NCBI GenBank assembly: GCA_034439575.1
Contig: JAWXAQ010000007.1
Coordinates: forward strand, 128,001 to 192,000
Source of the DNA: Leptospira sp.
Lineage (GTDB): Bacteria > Spirochaetota > Leptospiria > Leptospirales > Leptospiraceae
Direction: 5' to 3'
DNA length: 64,000 bases
Shown: positions 10,772-19,728 of the stretch, piece after piece
How the letters are laid out: each line of letters begins with the position of its first letter
How positions within the stretch are numbered: position 1 is the first letter of the stretch
Position numbers and translations under genes: made by a program
The notes under the pieces: generated by a model
Told to the model about the DNA's origin: nothing
Databases searched by the model: none
Seen by the model: the letters and a program-made list of their open reading frames with translations, nothing else

Positions 10772-11056
10772 TTATTTTTTTCCATTTTTCTCTTCTTTTT
10801 TGGATTCTCGTTTCTCTTCTTTTTTGACTTTTTTGAAGTTCTTTATTTCATCCGCAGTAATAGAGCCATCTGCGTCTTTATCAAATTCAGTAAATCGAGC
10901 ATCGTGAAAAGTTTGCCATTCTTCTTTAGTAATTTTTTTATCTGAATTCGCATCCATTTCTTTAAAATGTCCCATACCATTCCCTTTATCATGAGCGCTC
11001 AGTGCGACTGAAAAAGTAAATAGGGAAATTAGTGAATAATAGTGTAGTTTCATCAT
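10772..11056 (-). CDS. Secreted EF-hand calcium-binding protein
   Basis: Signal peptide (..FSVALSA-H); two EF loops DANSDKKITKEE and DKDADGSITADE; Lys/Glu tail; AGAGGA SD. Confidence 0.85.
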   Translation of the reverse strand: MMKLHYYSLISLFTFSVALSAHDKGNGMGHFKEMDANSDKKITKEEWQTFHDARFTEFDKDADGSITADEIKNFKKVKKEEKRESKKEEKNGKK

Positions 11057-11210
11057 GTCCTCTTTGACCTAAAATTAGATGCCAATCCTGAGGAAAGTCA
11101 AGACCAACGAGAACAATTACAAGAAATTATGACGCATTCCAAATTATACAGCAATGTAATAAGTCGTTTAATATTGACAGAGGGACTGATTTTATAAGCA
11201 TTTAAGAATC

Positions 11211-13052
11211 ATGCAAAATGAATACCTACTCGGCATTTCTGCCTATTATCATGACAGTGCTGCGTGTTTGCTAAAGAACGGAGAAATCGTAGCTGCGGCT
11301 CAAGAAGAAAGATTTACTCGGAAAAAACACGATTCCAGATTTCCAATCAATGCTATCCAGTATTGCCTTAAAGAAGCAAATATCAGTTCCGATGATTTAA
11401 CGAATGTTATATTTTACGACAAACCATTAGTTAAATTTGAAAGATTATTAGAAACTTATCTTTCTTACGCACCCCGTGGATTGTTCTCGTTTTTTGCTGC
11501 GATGCCAATTTGGCTGAAAGAAAAACTTTTTCTAAAAAGTACCCTACAAAAAGAATTTAAAAGTTTATCACCCACGAAAAAATCTCCTAAACTTTTATTC
11601 ACCGAACACCACCAAGCACATGCAGCCTCAACTTTCTTTGTTAGCCCTTATGAAAAAGCCATTGTTCTTTGTCTTGATGGGGTTGGTGAATGGGCAACTA
11701 CTTCCGCTTGGGTCGGAGATGGCAACAAACTAACACCTCTTTGGGAGATCGACTTTCCACATTCGATAGGTTTATTATATTCAGCATTTACTTATTATAC
11801 AGGGTTTAAAGTAAATTCAGGTGAGTACAAAGTAATGGGACTCGCACCGTATGGCGAACCAAAGTATGTTGATCTCATTTATAAACATTTGTTAGACCTA
11901 AAAGAAGATGGTACATTTCGTTTAAATATGGAATACTTCAATTATGCAGCTGGCCTAACAATGACAAATGATAAATTTCATAAATTATTTGGTGGGCCAC
12001 CAAGAAAAAGTGAATCTACTCTCACACAAAAGGAAATGGATTTAGCTAGATCAGTCCAAGAAGTCACCGAAGAAGTTATGTTACGACTTGCAAGAGCGGC
12101 AAAAAAAGAAACAGGTATCAATCATATTTGTTTGTCAGGTGGTGTCGCATTAAATTGTGTAGCAAATGGAAAAATACTAAAATCAGGAATTTTTGATGAA
12201 GTATACATTCAACCTGCTGCGGGCGATGCAGGTGGTGCACTAGGTGCTGCACTTTCTGCACACTACGAATATAAAAAACATCCCAGAAAAGTGAATCCGC
12301 TTGATTCTATGAAAGGTTCTTATTTGGGACCATCATATGAAAATCCTGATATTAAAATTTCTTTAGATAAGCTTGGTGCCAAATATACAGAGCTTTCCAA
12401 CGATGCGCTTGATGACCGTTTGGCGAAAGTATTAGAAGAAGGAAATGTAATCGGTTATTTCCAAGGACGAATGGAATTTGGACCACGAGCCCTTGGTGGA
12501 AGGTCTATTATTGGCGATCCAAGAAACCAAAAAATGCAATCGGTGATGAACCTAAAAATCAAATATAGAGAAAGTTTTCGTCCATTTGCTCCCGCAGTAC
12601 TTGCAGAAAAAGTTTCTGAATATTTTGATATCAAAGCAAAAAGCCCTTATATGCTAATAGTCGCAGATGTATTGCCTAAACATCGAATTGAAATGACAAC
12701 CGAACAACAAAAGTTATTCGGTATAGAAAAATTGAATGTTCCAAGGTCTTCATTACCCGCCATAACGCATGTAGATTATTCAGCAAGAATTCAAACGGTC
12801 CATCCTGAAACGAATCCAAGATTTCACTCACTCTTAACAAAATTCTATAAACTGACAAATTGTCCAGTTTTAGTAAATACCTCTTTCAATGTTAGAGGAG
12901 AGCCAATCGTATCTACACCCGAAGATGCTTACAGATGTTTTATGAGAACTGAAATGGATTATCTCGTCATTGAAAATTTTCTATTAGATAAAAAAGATCA
13001 GCCCATAATTGAAAAAGATGATTCTTGGAAACAAGAATTCGAGTTGGATTAA
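11211..13052 (+). CDS. O-carbamoyltransferase, NodU/CmcH/TobZ family (SxtI-like)
   Basis: GISAYYHDSAA, AAQEERFTRKKHD, EHHQAHAAS, DGVGEW, GEYKVMGLAPYG, GGVALNC, GRMEFGPRALG, RESFRPFAP, NTSFNVRGEP. Confidence 0.95.
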   Translation: MQNEYLLGISAYYHDSAACLLKNGEIVAAAQEERFTRKKHDSRFPINAIQYCLKEANISSDDLTNVIFYDKPLVKFERLLETYLSYAPRGLFSFFAAMPIWLKEKLFLKSTLQKEFKSLSPTKKSPKLLFTEHHQAHAASTFFVSPYEKAIVLCLDGVGEWATTSAWVGDGNKLTPLWEIDFPHSIGLLYSAFTYYTGFKVNSGEYKVMGLAPYGEPKYVDLIYKHLLDLKEDGTFRLNMEYFNYAAGLTMTNDKFHKLFGGPPRKSESTLTQKEMDLARSVQEVTEEVMLRLARAAKKETGINHICLSGGVALNCVANGKILKSGIFDEVYIQPAAGDAGGALGAALSAHYEYKKHPRKVNPLDSMKGSYLGPSYENPDIKISLDKLGAKYTELSNDALDDRLAKVLEEGNVIGYFQGRMEFGPRALGGRSIIGDPRNQKMQSVMNLKIKYRESFRPFAPAVLAEKVSEYFDIKAKSPYMLIVADVLPKHRIEMTTEQQKLFGIEKLNVPRSSLPAITHVDYSARIQTVHPETNPRFHSLLTKFYKLTNCPVLVNTSFNVRGEPIVSTPEDAYRCFMRTEMDYLVIENFLLDKKDQPIIEKDDSWKQEFELD

Positions 13053-13053
13053 A

Positions 13054-13464
13054 ATGAAAGATACCACCAAACCTACACCCAGCCTTGACGATTTAAGAAA
13101 ATTTGCATTCATAGTCGGGGGTGTCCTTGCTGTGATTTTCGGCGGACTCATTCCCTATTTGAATCGAGGATCTTGGAATCCTAATTTGGTCTATATTGGT
13201 TCGGCCATCATATTCCTTGGAGTCACCGTTCCAAAAATATTGCTATATCCTTACAAACTTTGGATGTTGATCGGTGAAGTTCTCGGTTGGATCAATACAC
13301 GTATCATCTTATCTGTTATCTTTTTCTTGTTGTTTACACCAATTGGAATTATAAAAAAGATCTTCGGTAATGACTCTATGCGAAGAAAGTTGGATTCAAA
13401 GACTGAAACTTACCGCATAGTTTGTATAGAACGAACATCAGATCATATGGAAAGGCCATTTTAG
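13054..13464 (+). CDS. SxtJ-family membrane protein
   Basis: ATG 1 nt after the carbamoyltransferase stop. LRKF, two TM helices, WMLIGEVLGWINTRIIL...FTPIG, C-terminal MERPF as in SxtJ-type proteins. Confidence 0.88.
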   Translation: MKDTTKPTPSLDDLRKFAFIVGGVLAVIFGGLIPYLNRGSWNPNLVYIGSAIIFLGVTVPKILLYPYKLWMLIGEVLGWINTRIILSVIFFLLFTPIGIIKKIFGNDSMRRKLDSKTETYRIVCIERTSDHMERPF

Positions 13465-13473
13465 AGGAACAAA

Positions 13474-13626
13474 ATGATAGAATTACTTAAGGACTTATGG
13501 GATTTTTTAAGAATACGGAAAAAATTTTGGTTAGCACCCATTATAATCATCTTACTTTTATTAGGTGCTCTGCTTGTATTAACACAAGGTTCAGCAATCG
13601 CTCCTTTTATATATACTTTATTCTAA
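13474..13626 (+). CDS. DUF5989/SxtK-like 50-aa single-pass membrane peptide (not in ORF track)
   Basis: GAGGA SD, then ATG 13474: MIELLKDLWDFLRIRKKFWLAPIIIILLLLGALLVLTQGSAIAPFIYTLF* (TAA 13624-13626). Confidence 0.9.
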   Translation: MIELLKDLWDFLRIRKKFWLAPIIIILLLLGALLVLTQGSAIAPFIYTLF

Positions 13627-13627
13627 G

Positions 13628-14785
13628 TTAATTTGAATTAAAAAGGGGAGATTTTTGTAAATGTTGTACGAAAATCTTCCCAAATACTTTGTGACCTTCC
13701 CCATTCCAATGAGCATCATATGGAAAGTATAAATTTTCCGGATTCACATTCCATAAAAGCCTAGATGTCATCAAACAATCAATAAACTTCATTTCACAAA
13801 AGGACTGTATATTTTTAAGATGCGGATTTTTTTGTTCATACGCTTTTATTTCATGGGATTTGATATCACCAAGAATTCCACCTTTTGCAAAAAATTCTTT
13901 TGCTGGGATATATATAATTCCCATTTTAATATTATTTTCAGTTAAAAGATCAAAAATTAAATCAAGATAATATATCTCTTTTTCCAAACGATCCTTCCAA
14001 ATCTGTGTTTCAGCAGATGCGTAAAATTCAAATTGTCCATTGTACTTAGTTTGAATCGATTCCGAGAGCGGTGTTAGTCGACCAAATTTCTGAAGTGATT
14101 CTTGGTGATTCAACAATTTCACATCCGGCACACGATTTTCTTTGTAATATAAAATGGGTTCAGTTCCACCTTTTGCAAATTTTAAGGACCGCTTTATAAG
14201 TCGGATAGTTGTGCTTTCCTTAACAAAATTGTAAAGTGGAGTGCTAAATATTTTAGCTAACAATGGTTTTTTGGGAATTCTAATTCCGTCCTTCTCTTCC
14301 AAAAATATTTCAAATTTATCAATATCATCCAAATCATTATCAAACAATTGAATATAAACAACCTCTGGTCTAAATTTTTTAACGTATTCTTTTAAGTGAA
14401 TGTACATTAAAGATGGAGAAGAGCCATGAACTCCCATATTTCTAATTTTTTTGTCTTTAGGTAATTCTTTATTGGCAATTTCTGTAAAAACTTCGTTCTC
14501 TTCAACTCCCCAACCTTCTGAGAATGAATCACCAACTAACAAAACAGGATAATTATCGGATGTTAATTTTTGTCGTCCGCCAAAATTATTAGTTTCTACT
14601 AAAACTTTATATTCTTCGGAAACAACATACCCAGACTTATTTGGATACATAGAAAATAATAAATCATCATCAAATGATTTTACAAATACAACTTCTGGAT
14701 CAAATAATCTAAGTAAAAATTCTGCAATGCTAATATAAAACAAAATCAAAACAAAATACAATACTAATTTTTTAAATATTTTCAT
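13628..14785 (-). CDS. Membrane-anchored SGNH/GDSL-fold protein (AlgJ/AlgX/DltD-like)
   Basis: N-terminal TM anchor (..AEFLLR); block I GDSFSEG, block II NMGVHG, block III DNDLDD, block V YDAHWNGEGH. Confidence 0.85.
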   Translation of the reverse strand: MKIFKKLVLYFVLILFYISIAEFLLRLFDPEVVFVKSFDDDLLFSMYPNKSGYVVSEEYKVLVETNNFGGRQKLTSDNYPVLLVGDSFSEGWGVEENEVFTEIANKELPKDKKIRNMGVHGSSPSLMYIHLKEYVKKFRPEVVYIQLFDNDLDDIDKFEIFLEEKDGIRIPKKPLLAKIFSTPLYNFVKESTTIRLIKRSLKFAKGGTEPILYYKENRVPDVKLLNHQESLQKFGRLTPLSESIQTKYNGQFEFYASAETQIWKDRLEKEIYYLDLIFDLLTENNIKMGIIYIPAKEFFAKGGILGDIKSHEIKAYEQKNPHLKNIQSFCEMKFIDCLMTSRLLWNVNPENLYFPYDAHWNGEGHKVFGKIFVQHLQKSPLFNSN

Positions 14786-14843
14786 TCTAATACCAAACCT
14801 GATAATAAATTTTTACTTATTAATAGCAAATGTTATGTGATAT

Positions 14844-15779
14844 TTACGATTCTTGAAAATCAGTAAGTAATTCAGAACTATTATCATTTAACAAAATGGT
14901 GATAATAGCTTTTGAACCATCGTCTTCGTAAGTCAAATCATCGAAGGATAATCGACGAGCCATAAAAATGCCTCGGCCATGTGTTTTAAATGCATTTTTG
15001 GTCATGGCTTGTAATGATAAAAACTTTCTCCAATCAAATCCTTTGCCCTGATCTTTTATAATAATTTTAATCTTATCTTCAAATTTCTCAAACAAAATTT
15101 GTACAAACTTTTGTGCATATTCAGGTTGATTCAATCGATTGAAAATTTCTTCCATCAATTTATCATTATCATGCAATTCCGTTTTTTCTTGATAGGTGAT
15201 GCCTAAATTACCATGTTCAATTGAATTATTCAGAATTTCCATGATCCCAGTTAACACTCGTTCTGGATTTGGACATGCATTCGCTAGAATTGGTGCCAAT
15301 TCATGAGACTCACGAATTGACTTAATTCTAAATTCACCCTTAACAAGGTGACGCAGTGCGCCCATTCCTTTATGCAGATCTTCTTTAGCTTTCTGTAATT
15401 TTATATAATGTTCAACTGCTGTCTGTACGATTGTGACTAACAATGCTCTTGAATAAGGTTTCGTTAAATAATAAAATGCACCTGCATCTAAACCATCAGT
15501 CATATCTGTAACTCCGCTCATAGCAGTCTGAAATATTACTGGGATATCTTTCCATTTCTCAGAATGTTTTATTTTTCTAAGTAATTCTATGCCATCCATC
15601 TTCGGCATCAATCGATCGAGTATAATTGCAAAAAAAGGAAATTCATTTCGATTTAATATGGCAAGTGCTTCTTCTCCATCTCTAGCTTTGACAATATTAA
15701 ATCCTTTTTCGCTTAACGACTCTTCAATGATCATTAAATTGATTGATTCGTCATCGACTGCCAAAAGATTCATAGTCAT
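14844..15779 (-). CDS. Response regulator: REC plus RsbW-like HATPase (Ser kinase/anti-sigma) output domain
   Basis: REC (VDD, ILDRLMP, FQTA, TKP); C-terminal EILNNSIEHGN, KDQGKGFDW, HGRGIFM; no H-box. Confidence 0.85.
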   Translation of the reverse strand: MTMNLLAVDDESINLMIIEESLSEKGFNIVKARDGEEALAILNRNEFPFFAIILDRLMPKMDGIELLRKIKHSEKWKDIPVIFQTAMSGVTDMTDGLDAGAFYYLTKPYSRALLVTIVQTAVEHYIKLQKAKEDLHKGMGALRHLVKGEFRIKSIRESHELAPILANACPNPERVLTGIMEILNNSIEHGNLGITYQEKTELHDNDKLMEEIFNRLNQPEYAQKFVQILFEKFEDKIKIIIKDQGKGFDWRKFLSLQAMTKNAFKTHGRGIFMARRLSFDDLTYEDDGSKAIITILLNDNSSELLTDFQES

Positions 15780-17359
15780 ACAAATTCTCCTTGTTTGACG
15801 GGTAGAAGTAAAGTAAAAATAGCCCCGCCATCTTCATGATTATCTGCATATAGCAATCCATGATGGTCATTTACAATTTCCCTAGATATTGACAATCCTA
15901 GTCCTGTGCCCTTAGTTCCAGCCTTTACTTGTTTGGATTGAATGAATTTTTCAAAAATTTTATCCAAGTCTTCAGGGAGAATGCCAGGTCCAAAATCCCT
16001 AATTTGAATCCCTATTCCTTTTACATACTTTTTCGTCTTCAAAGGTATAAACTCTCTTTCAGTTTTTGTAATTTCAATCACAGTATTGTCGGGAATAAAT
16101 TTCAAAGCATTCGATAGTATGTTTCGTATAACTTGCTGAATACGCTCAAAATCAAACTCAGCCTGCCAACGTTCATTCGAATTTTCAATTTTAATTTGAA
16201 TATTCTTTTTTTCTAATATAAGACTAAGTTCACCAGTCACATATTGTAATGTTTCTTTCAAACAATTTGGTTCAAATAAATACCTCATTTTGCCAGATTC
16301 CAATTTTGCTAAATCTAAAAGGTTTTCTAACAAATTTAACAATCGTTTTCCGGATGTATCTATGATTTGAAAGTATTCTTGTAATTTTTGTGGATTAGCT
16401 AATGTCGCTTTTGAAAACCCAAGTTCAGCATAACTTAAAATAGCATGAATTGGAGTTTTTAATTCATGCGAAATATTTGCAAGAAATAGTGATTTCATTT
16501 GAGATGCTTCTTCCGCGACTTCTTTAGCAATTTTTAAATCTAAGGTTTGTTGCTCTACTAATTCCTCTAAGTGATTTCGATAATGGAAAATTTCTTCTTC
16601 TTGTTGTCTACGAATCGTAATATCTCGTATGATACCAAAAAACATCTTTCCAGTATTTGTTTTAAATTCTCCGACAGATATATCGCAAGGAAAAGAATCA
16701 CCATTTTTCCTTAATCCTTGTGACTCAAATTGCGATTGGGCCAAATTTTCCCAAGCATTCGCATTACCAGTATTAACTAATTTTGGTAGAATGCCATAAA
16801 TTTCTCTTGAAAGTATTTCTTCCTGTTTATATCCAAACGAAATTTCTGCAGCCTTATTGAAAAATTGTATGATACCTGATTCATTGAAGATCACTATAGA
16901 ATCTGCAGCATTCTGAGCCATTGATAAAAATCTAGATTCACTCTCTAGAAATGCCGCTTCTAAACGTTTACGTTCCGTTATATCACGATGTGTTGAAACA
17001 ATATATCCTTCATATATTACAACGAATCTTACTTCTGCAAATCGGACTTCATCAGTAGAATTATATTCATATTCTTTCCAGAAGACTTGATTCTTTTTAA
17101 TACTTAAATATCCAATTGCTTCTTCGGCAAGTTTACTTAAATAAGGAGGCAATCCTTCCCATAATTGTTTACCTACGATTTCTTCATTGGATTTTCCCAT
17201 CGTCATATAACGAGAAGGTTTAAAATCTACTATCAAACCATCGAAAGTAAATTTTAGCCAAAAATCTGGATTTGAGCGTAAAAGATTTTCAAGTTCGCGT
17301 AATACTTCTTCGGAAGTAAAAGCCCTTGGATTTTGCCAAATTCTTTTTAATTGATTCAT
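15776..17359 (-). CDS. PAS-PAS sensor histidine kinase
   Basis: Two PAS-like regions, FLANISHELKTP H-box, NILSNALKF, DFGPGI, GTGLGL; ATGA overlap with the downstream regulator. Confidence 0.93.
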   Translation of the reverse strand: MNQLKRIWQNPRAFTSEEVLRELENLLRSNPDFWLKFTFDGLIVDFKPSRYMTMGKSNEEIVGKQLWEGLPPYLSKLAEEAIGYLSIKKNQVFWKEYEYNSTDEVRFAEVRFVVIYEGYIVSTHRDITERKRLEAAFLESESRFLSMAQNAADSIVIFNESGIIQFFNKAAEISFGYKQEEILSREIYGILPKLVNTGNANAWENLAQSQFESQGLRKNGDSFPCDISVGEFKTNTGKMFFGIIRDITIRRQQEEEIFHYRNHLEELVEQQTLDLKIAKEVAEEASQMKSLFLANISHELKTPIHAILSYAELGFSKATLANPQKLQEYFQIIDTSGKRLLNLLENLLDLAKLESGKMRYLFEPNCLKETLQYVTGELSLILEKKNIQIKIENSNERWQAEFDFERIQQVIRNILSNALKFIPDNTVIEITKTEREFIPLKTKKYVKGIGIQIRDFGPGILPEDLDKIFEKFIQSKQVKAGTKGTGLGLSISREIVNDHHGLLYADNHEDGGAIFTLLLPVKQGEFV

Positions 17360-17472
17360 TCGAATATTGCTATTGATTAAGGATTCGAAATCAGCTTACA
17401 AACAAGGATATATTTCGGAAAGAAATTGTAAGTTTCAGTAAAGAAAAAAGGCTGAACTTAAAGAAGCTCATT

Positions 17473-18543
17473 GTGATCTACGAGAACCTATTAAAACCTA
17501 TTCTTTTCCAATTGGATCCGGAATCAGCTCATCATTTTGCAGCCTCACTGATAAATCTTTCAAAAAATATTCCCTTTTTTCATCATTCTCTGCGTATGCT
17601 CTTGGAATACCGATCAGATAGACTCAGGCAGTCAATTTGGGGCATAGAATTTAAAAACCCTATCGGACTGGCGGCAGGTTTCGACAAAACTGCTGAACTT
17701 TATCCCTCTTTAGTCAATATGGGTTTTGGATTCATTGAAATCGGCACTATTACTGCTAAGGAACAACCTGGAAATGATCTACCACGACTCTTTCGTTATC
17801 CAAAAGAAAAAGCTTTAATCAATAGGATGGGTTTTAATAACCCTGGAGCAGATAAAACCGAGCTTACATTAAAAAGACAAAAGAAAACAGGCATTAGGGG
17901 AATCAACGCAGGTAAATCAAAAATTACACCTATAGAAGAATCTACATCCGATTATATTTATACTTTAAAAAAACTTTTACCTTATGCTGATTATGCTGTA
18001 ATTAACATCAGTTCACCAAATACTCCAGGCTTACGTTCCTTACAAAATAAAAAATCTTTGATTGACCTGATAGATGGAATTCAAAGTGAATTTGGAAATA
18101 AATTTCCTGTTCCATTATTTTTTAAATTTGCACCCGATCTTACTTTTGATGAATTAAAAGAAAATTTGGAGATTTGCCTTTCAAAGAAAATTGATGGAGT
18201 CATACTTACAAATACCACTTTAGATAAAGGATTATTAGGCGAAGGTAGCTTTCCAGAAGGCGGATTATCTGGTGCCCCTCTATTCGAAAAATCACTTTCT
18301 TTTGTTTCGGAAGCTTATAAAATATTACAGGGCAATATACCAATCATCGGAGTTGGTGGTATTGATTCTGGCGAAAAGGCATTAAAAATGATATTAGCTG
18401 GTGCTAATTTACTTCAAGTCTATACAGGTTACATTTATGAAGGTCCATTCCTTCCCAACCAAATATGTGCTTTCTTAGATAAATATTTGAAAAACAATAA
18501 ATATAATCATATTTCAGAGATCGTCGGACTAAATCACAAATAA
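17473..18543 (+). CDS. pyrD: Quinone-dependent dihydroorotate dehydrogenase (class 2)
   Basis: NPIGLAAGFDK, QPGNDLPRLFR, INRMGFNNPG, NISSPNTPGLR, TNTT, GGLSG. Confidence 0.96.
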   Translation: MIYENLLKPILFQLDPESAHHFAASLINLSKNIPFFHHSLRMLLEYRSDRLRQSIWGIEFKNPIGLAAGFDKTAELYPSLVNMGFGFIEIGTITAKEQPGNDLPRLFRYPKEKALINRMGFNNPGADKTELTLKRQKKTGIRGINAGKSKITPIEESTSDYIYTLKKLLPYADYAVINISSPNTPGLRSLQNKKSLIDLIDGIQSEFGNKFPVPLFFKFAPDLTFDELKENLEICLSKKIDGVILTNTTLDKGLLGEGSFPEGGLSGAPLFEKSLSFVSEAYKILQGNIPIIGVGGIDSGEKALKMILAGANLLQVYTGYIYEGPFLPNQICAFLDKYLKNNKYNHISEIVGLNHK

Positions 18544-19728
18544 ATGAGCAAAATACATTGCACTCACTTCGGATTATGCGGAGGATGTTCTTCGCTAAAC
18601 ATAGATTATGGTAAAGAATTAGTAAAAAAAGAAACTCTCATAAAAGAATTATTTAATGACCTAAGGCATCTTCAGTTTCGACCCATAATCCCTAGTCCAA
18701 ATTCAGAACTTTATCGATACAAACTTCAATTGCCTTTTGGTAGAAGGACCATTGGCAGAAAAACACTCACTACCTTAGGACTCTTTAATATTGAGTCCTC
18801 ATTCATTGTAGATCAAACCGAATGTCAAATTCAAGAACCAGCTCTTTCGGAAATAGCACAAGCTGTCAAATTGTGGGCAAGAAAAGAGGGTTTACCACCT
18901 TACAATGAAAAATCGAGAAAAGGGATTCTTAAATATTTGGTGGCGAGAAAATCATTTTCTACTAATGAAATATTGGTAGGTATCGTCACCAACCAAGAAG
19001 ACCTACCCCATCCAAAGGATATGTCAAAACGATTACACAATCATATTACAGATCGTATCGGTAAATCTGGCAAATATGGAAAGTTAGTTGGCATCATACA
19101 AAATATTAATTTAAGACATACAAGCATGGCACTAGGTAAGGATGAAAATCTTTTATGGGGCCGACCTTATATGAATGAATTTGTCGGGAAATTTAAGTAT
19201 AGAGTAGGATTATCTACTTTTTTACAGGTAAATCCTGCACAAACACCTAGTTTATACAATCTTATATTGGACGAAATAACTCCAGGATCCAAAGTCATAG
19301 ATGCTTACTCTGGGATTGGTACAATCGCATTATGGATATCAGGCGTTGCAAAAGAAGTCCTAGGTCTTGAAGACAATCCAAATTCACACAAAACAGCTAT
19401 TGAAGCCTTAAAAGTAAATCATATTAGAAATGTAAGGTACAGGAGAGGACGAGTCAATGAATCCCTCCCGAGCGTAGTCAATAAAGACTTTAGTACAATC
19501 GTTATCGATCCACCTAGAACTGGTATCGGTGAAGAAGTTGCTAATATCATATCAGACTCCACCTTACAAAAGATAATTTATGTTTCATGTGATCCAAAAA
19601 CGCTTAGAGAAGACACCAGATTTTTATCAAAAAACTTTTTTTTGAACTCATTGCAACCAGTTGATATGTTTCCTCGCACTGAACATTTGGAAACGGTTGC
19701 CGTATTTACAAGAAAATCTCAAATTTGA
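18544..19728 (+). CDS. rlmD: 23S rRNA m5U methyltransferase (RlmD/TrmA family, no TRAM domain)
   Basis: CTHFGLCGGC Fe-S motif, FLQVN, DAYSGIG, DPPRTG, YVSCDP, DMFPRTEHLE. Confidence 0.88.
   Translation: MSKIHCTHFGLCGGCSSLNIDYGKELVKKETLIKELFNDLRHLQFRPIIPSPNSELYRYKLQLPFGRRTIGRKTLTTLGLFNIESSFIVDQTECQIQEPALSEIAQAVKLWARKEGLPPYNEKSRKGILKYLVARKSFSTNEILVGIVTNQEDLPHPKDMSKRLHNHITDRIGKSGKYGKLVGIIQNINLRHTSMALGKDENLLWGRPYMNEFVGKFKYRVGLSTFLQVNPAQTPSLYNLILDEITPGSKVIDAYSGIGTIALWISGVAKEVLGLEDNPNSHKTAIEALKVNHIRNVRYRRGRVNESLPSVVNKDFSTIVIDPPRTGIGEEVANIISDSTLQKIIYVSCDPKTLREDTRFLSKNFFLNSLQPVDMFPRTEHLETVAVFTRKSQI

Noticed and set aside
11174-11202. Sigma70 promoter for the carbamoyltransferase operon (TTGACA at 11174)
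   Set aside because: No convincing -10 hexamer at 16-18 bp spacing, so not listed as a feature.
13009-13053. ORF-track N-terminal extensions (13009, also 21320 and 60353)
   Set aside because: The first two overlap upstream genes and the third lacks an SD; downstream ATGs at 13054, 21272 and 60278 show coupling or SD and match the family N-termini.
11211-13626. Saxitoxin biosynthesis cluster (sxtI/J/K homologues)
   Set aside because: No sxtA PKS-like, amidinotransferase or other core sxt genes in the window; this trio occurs outside toxin producers.
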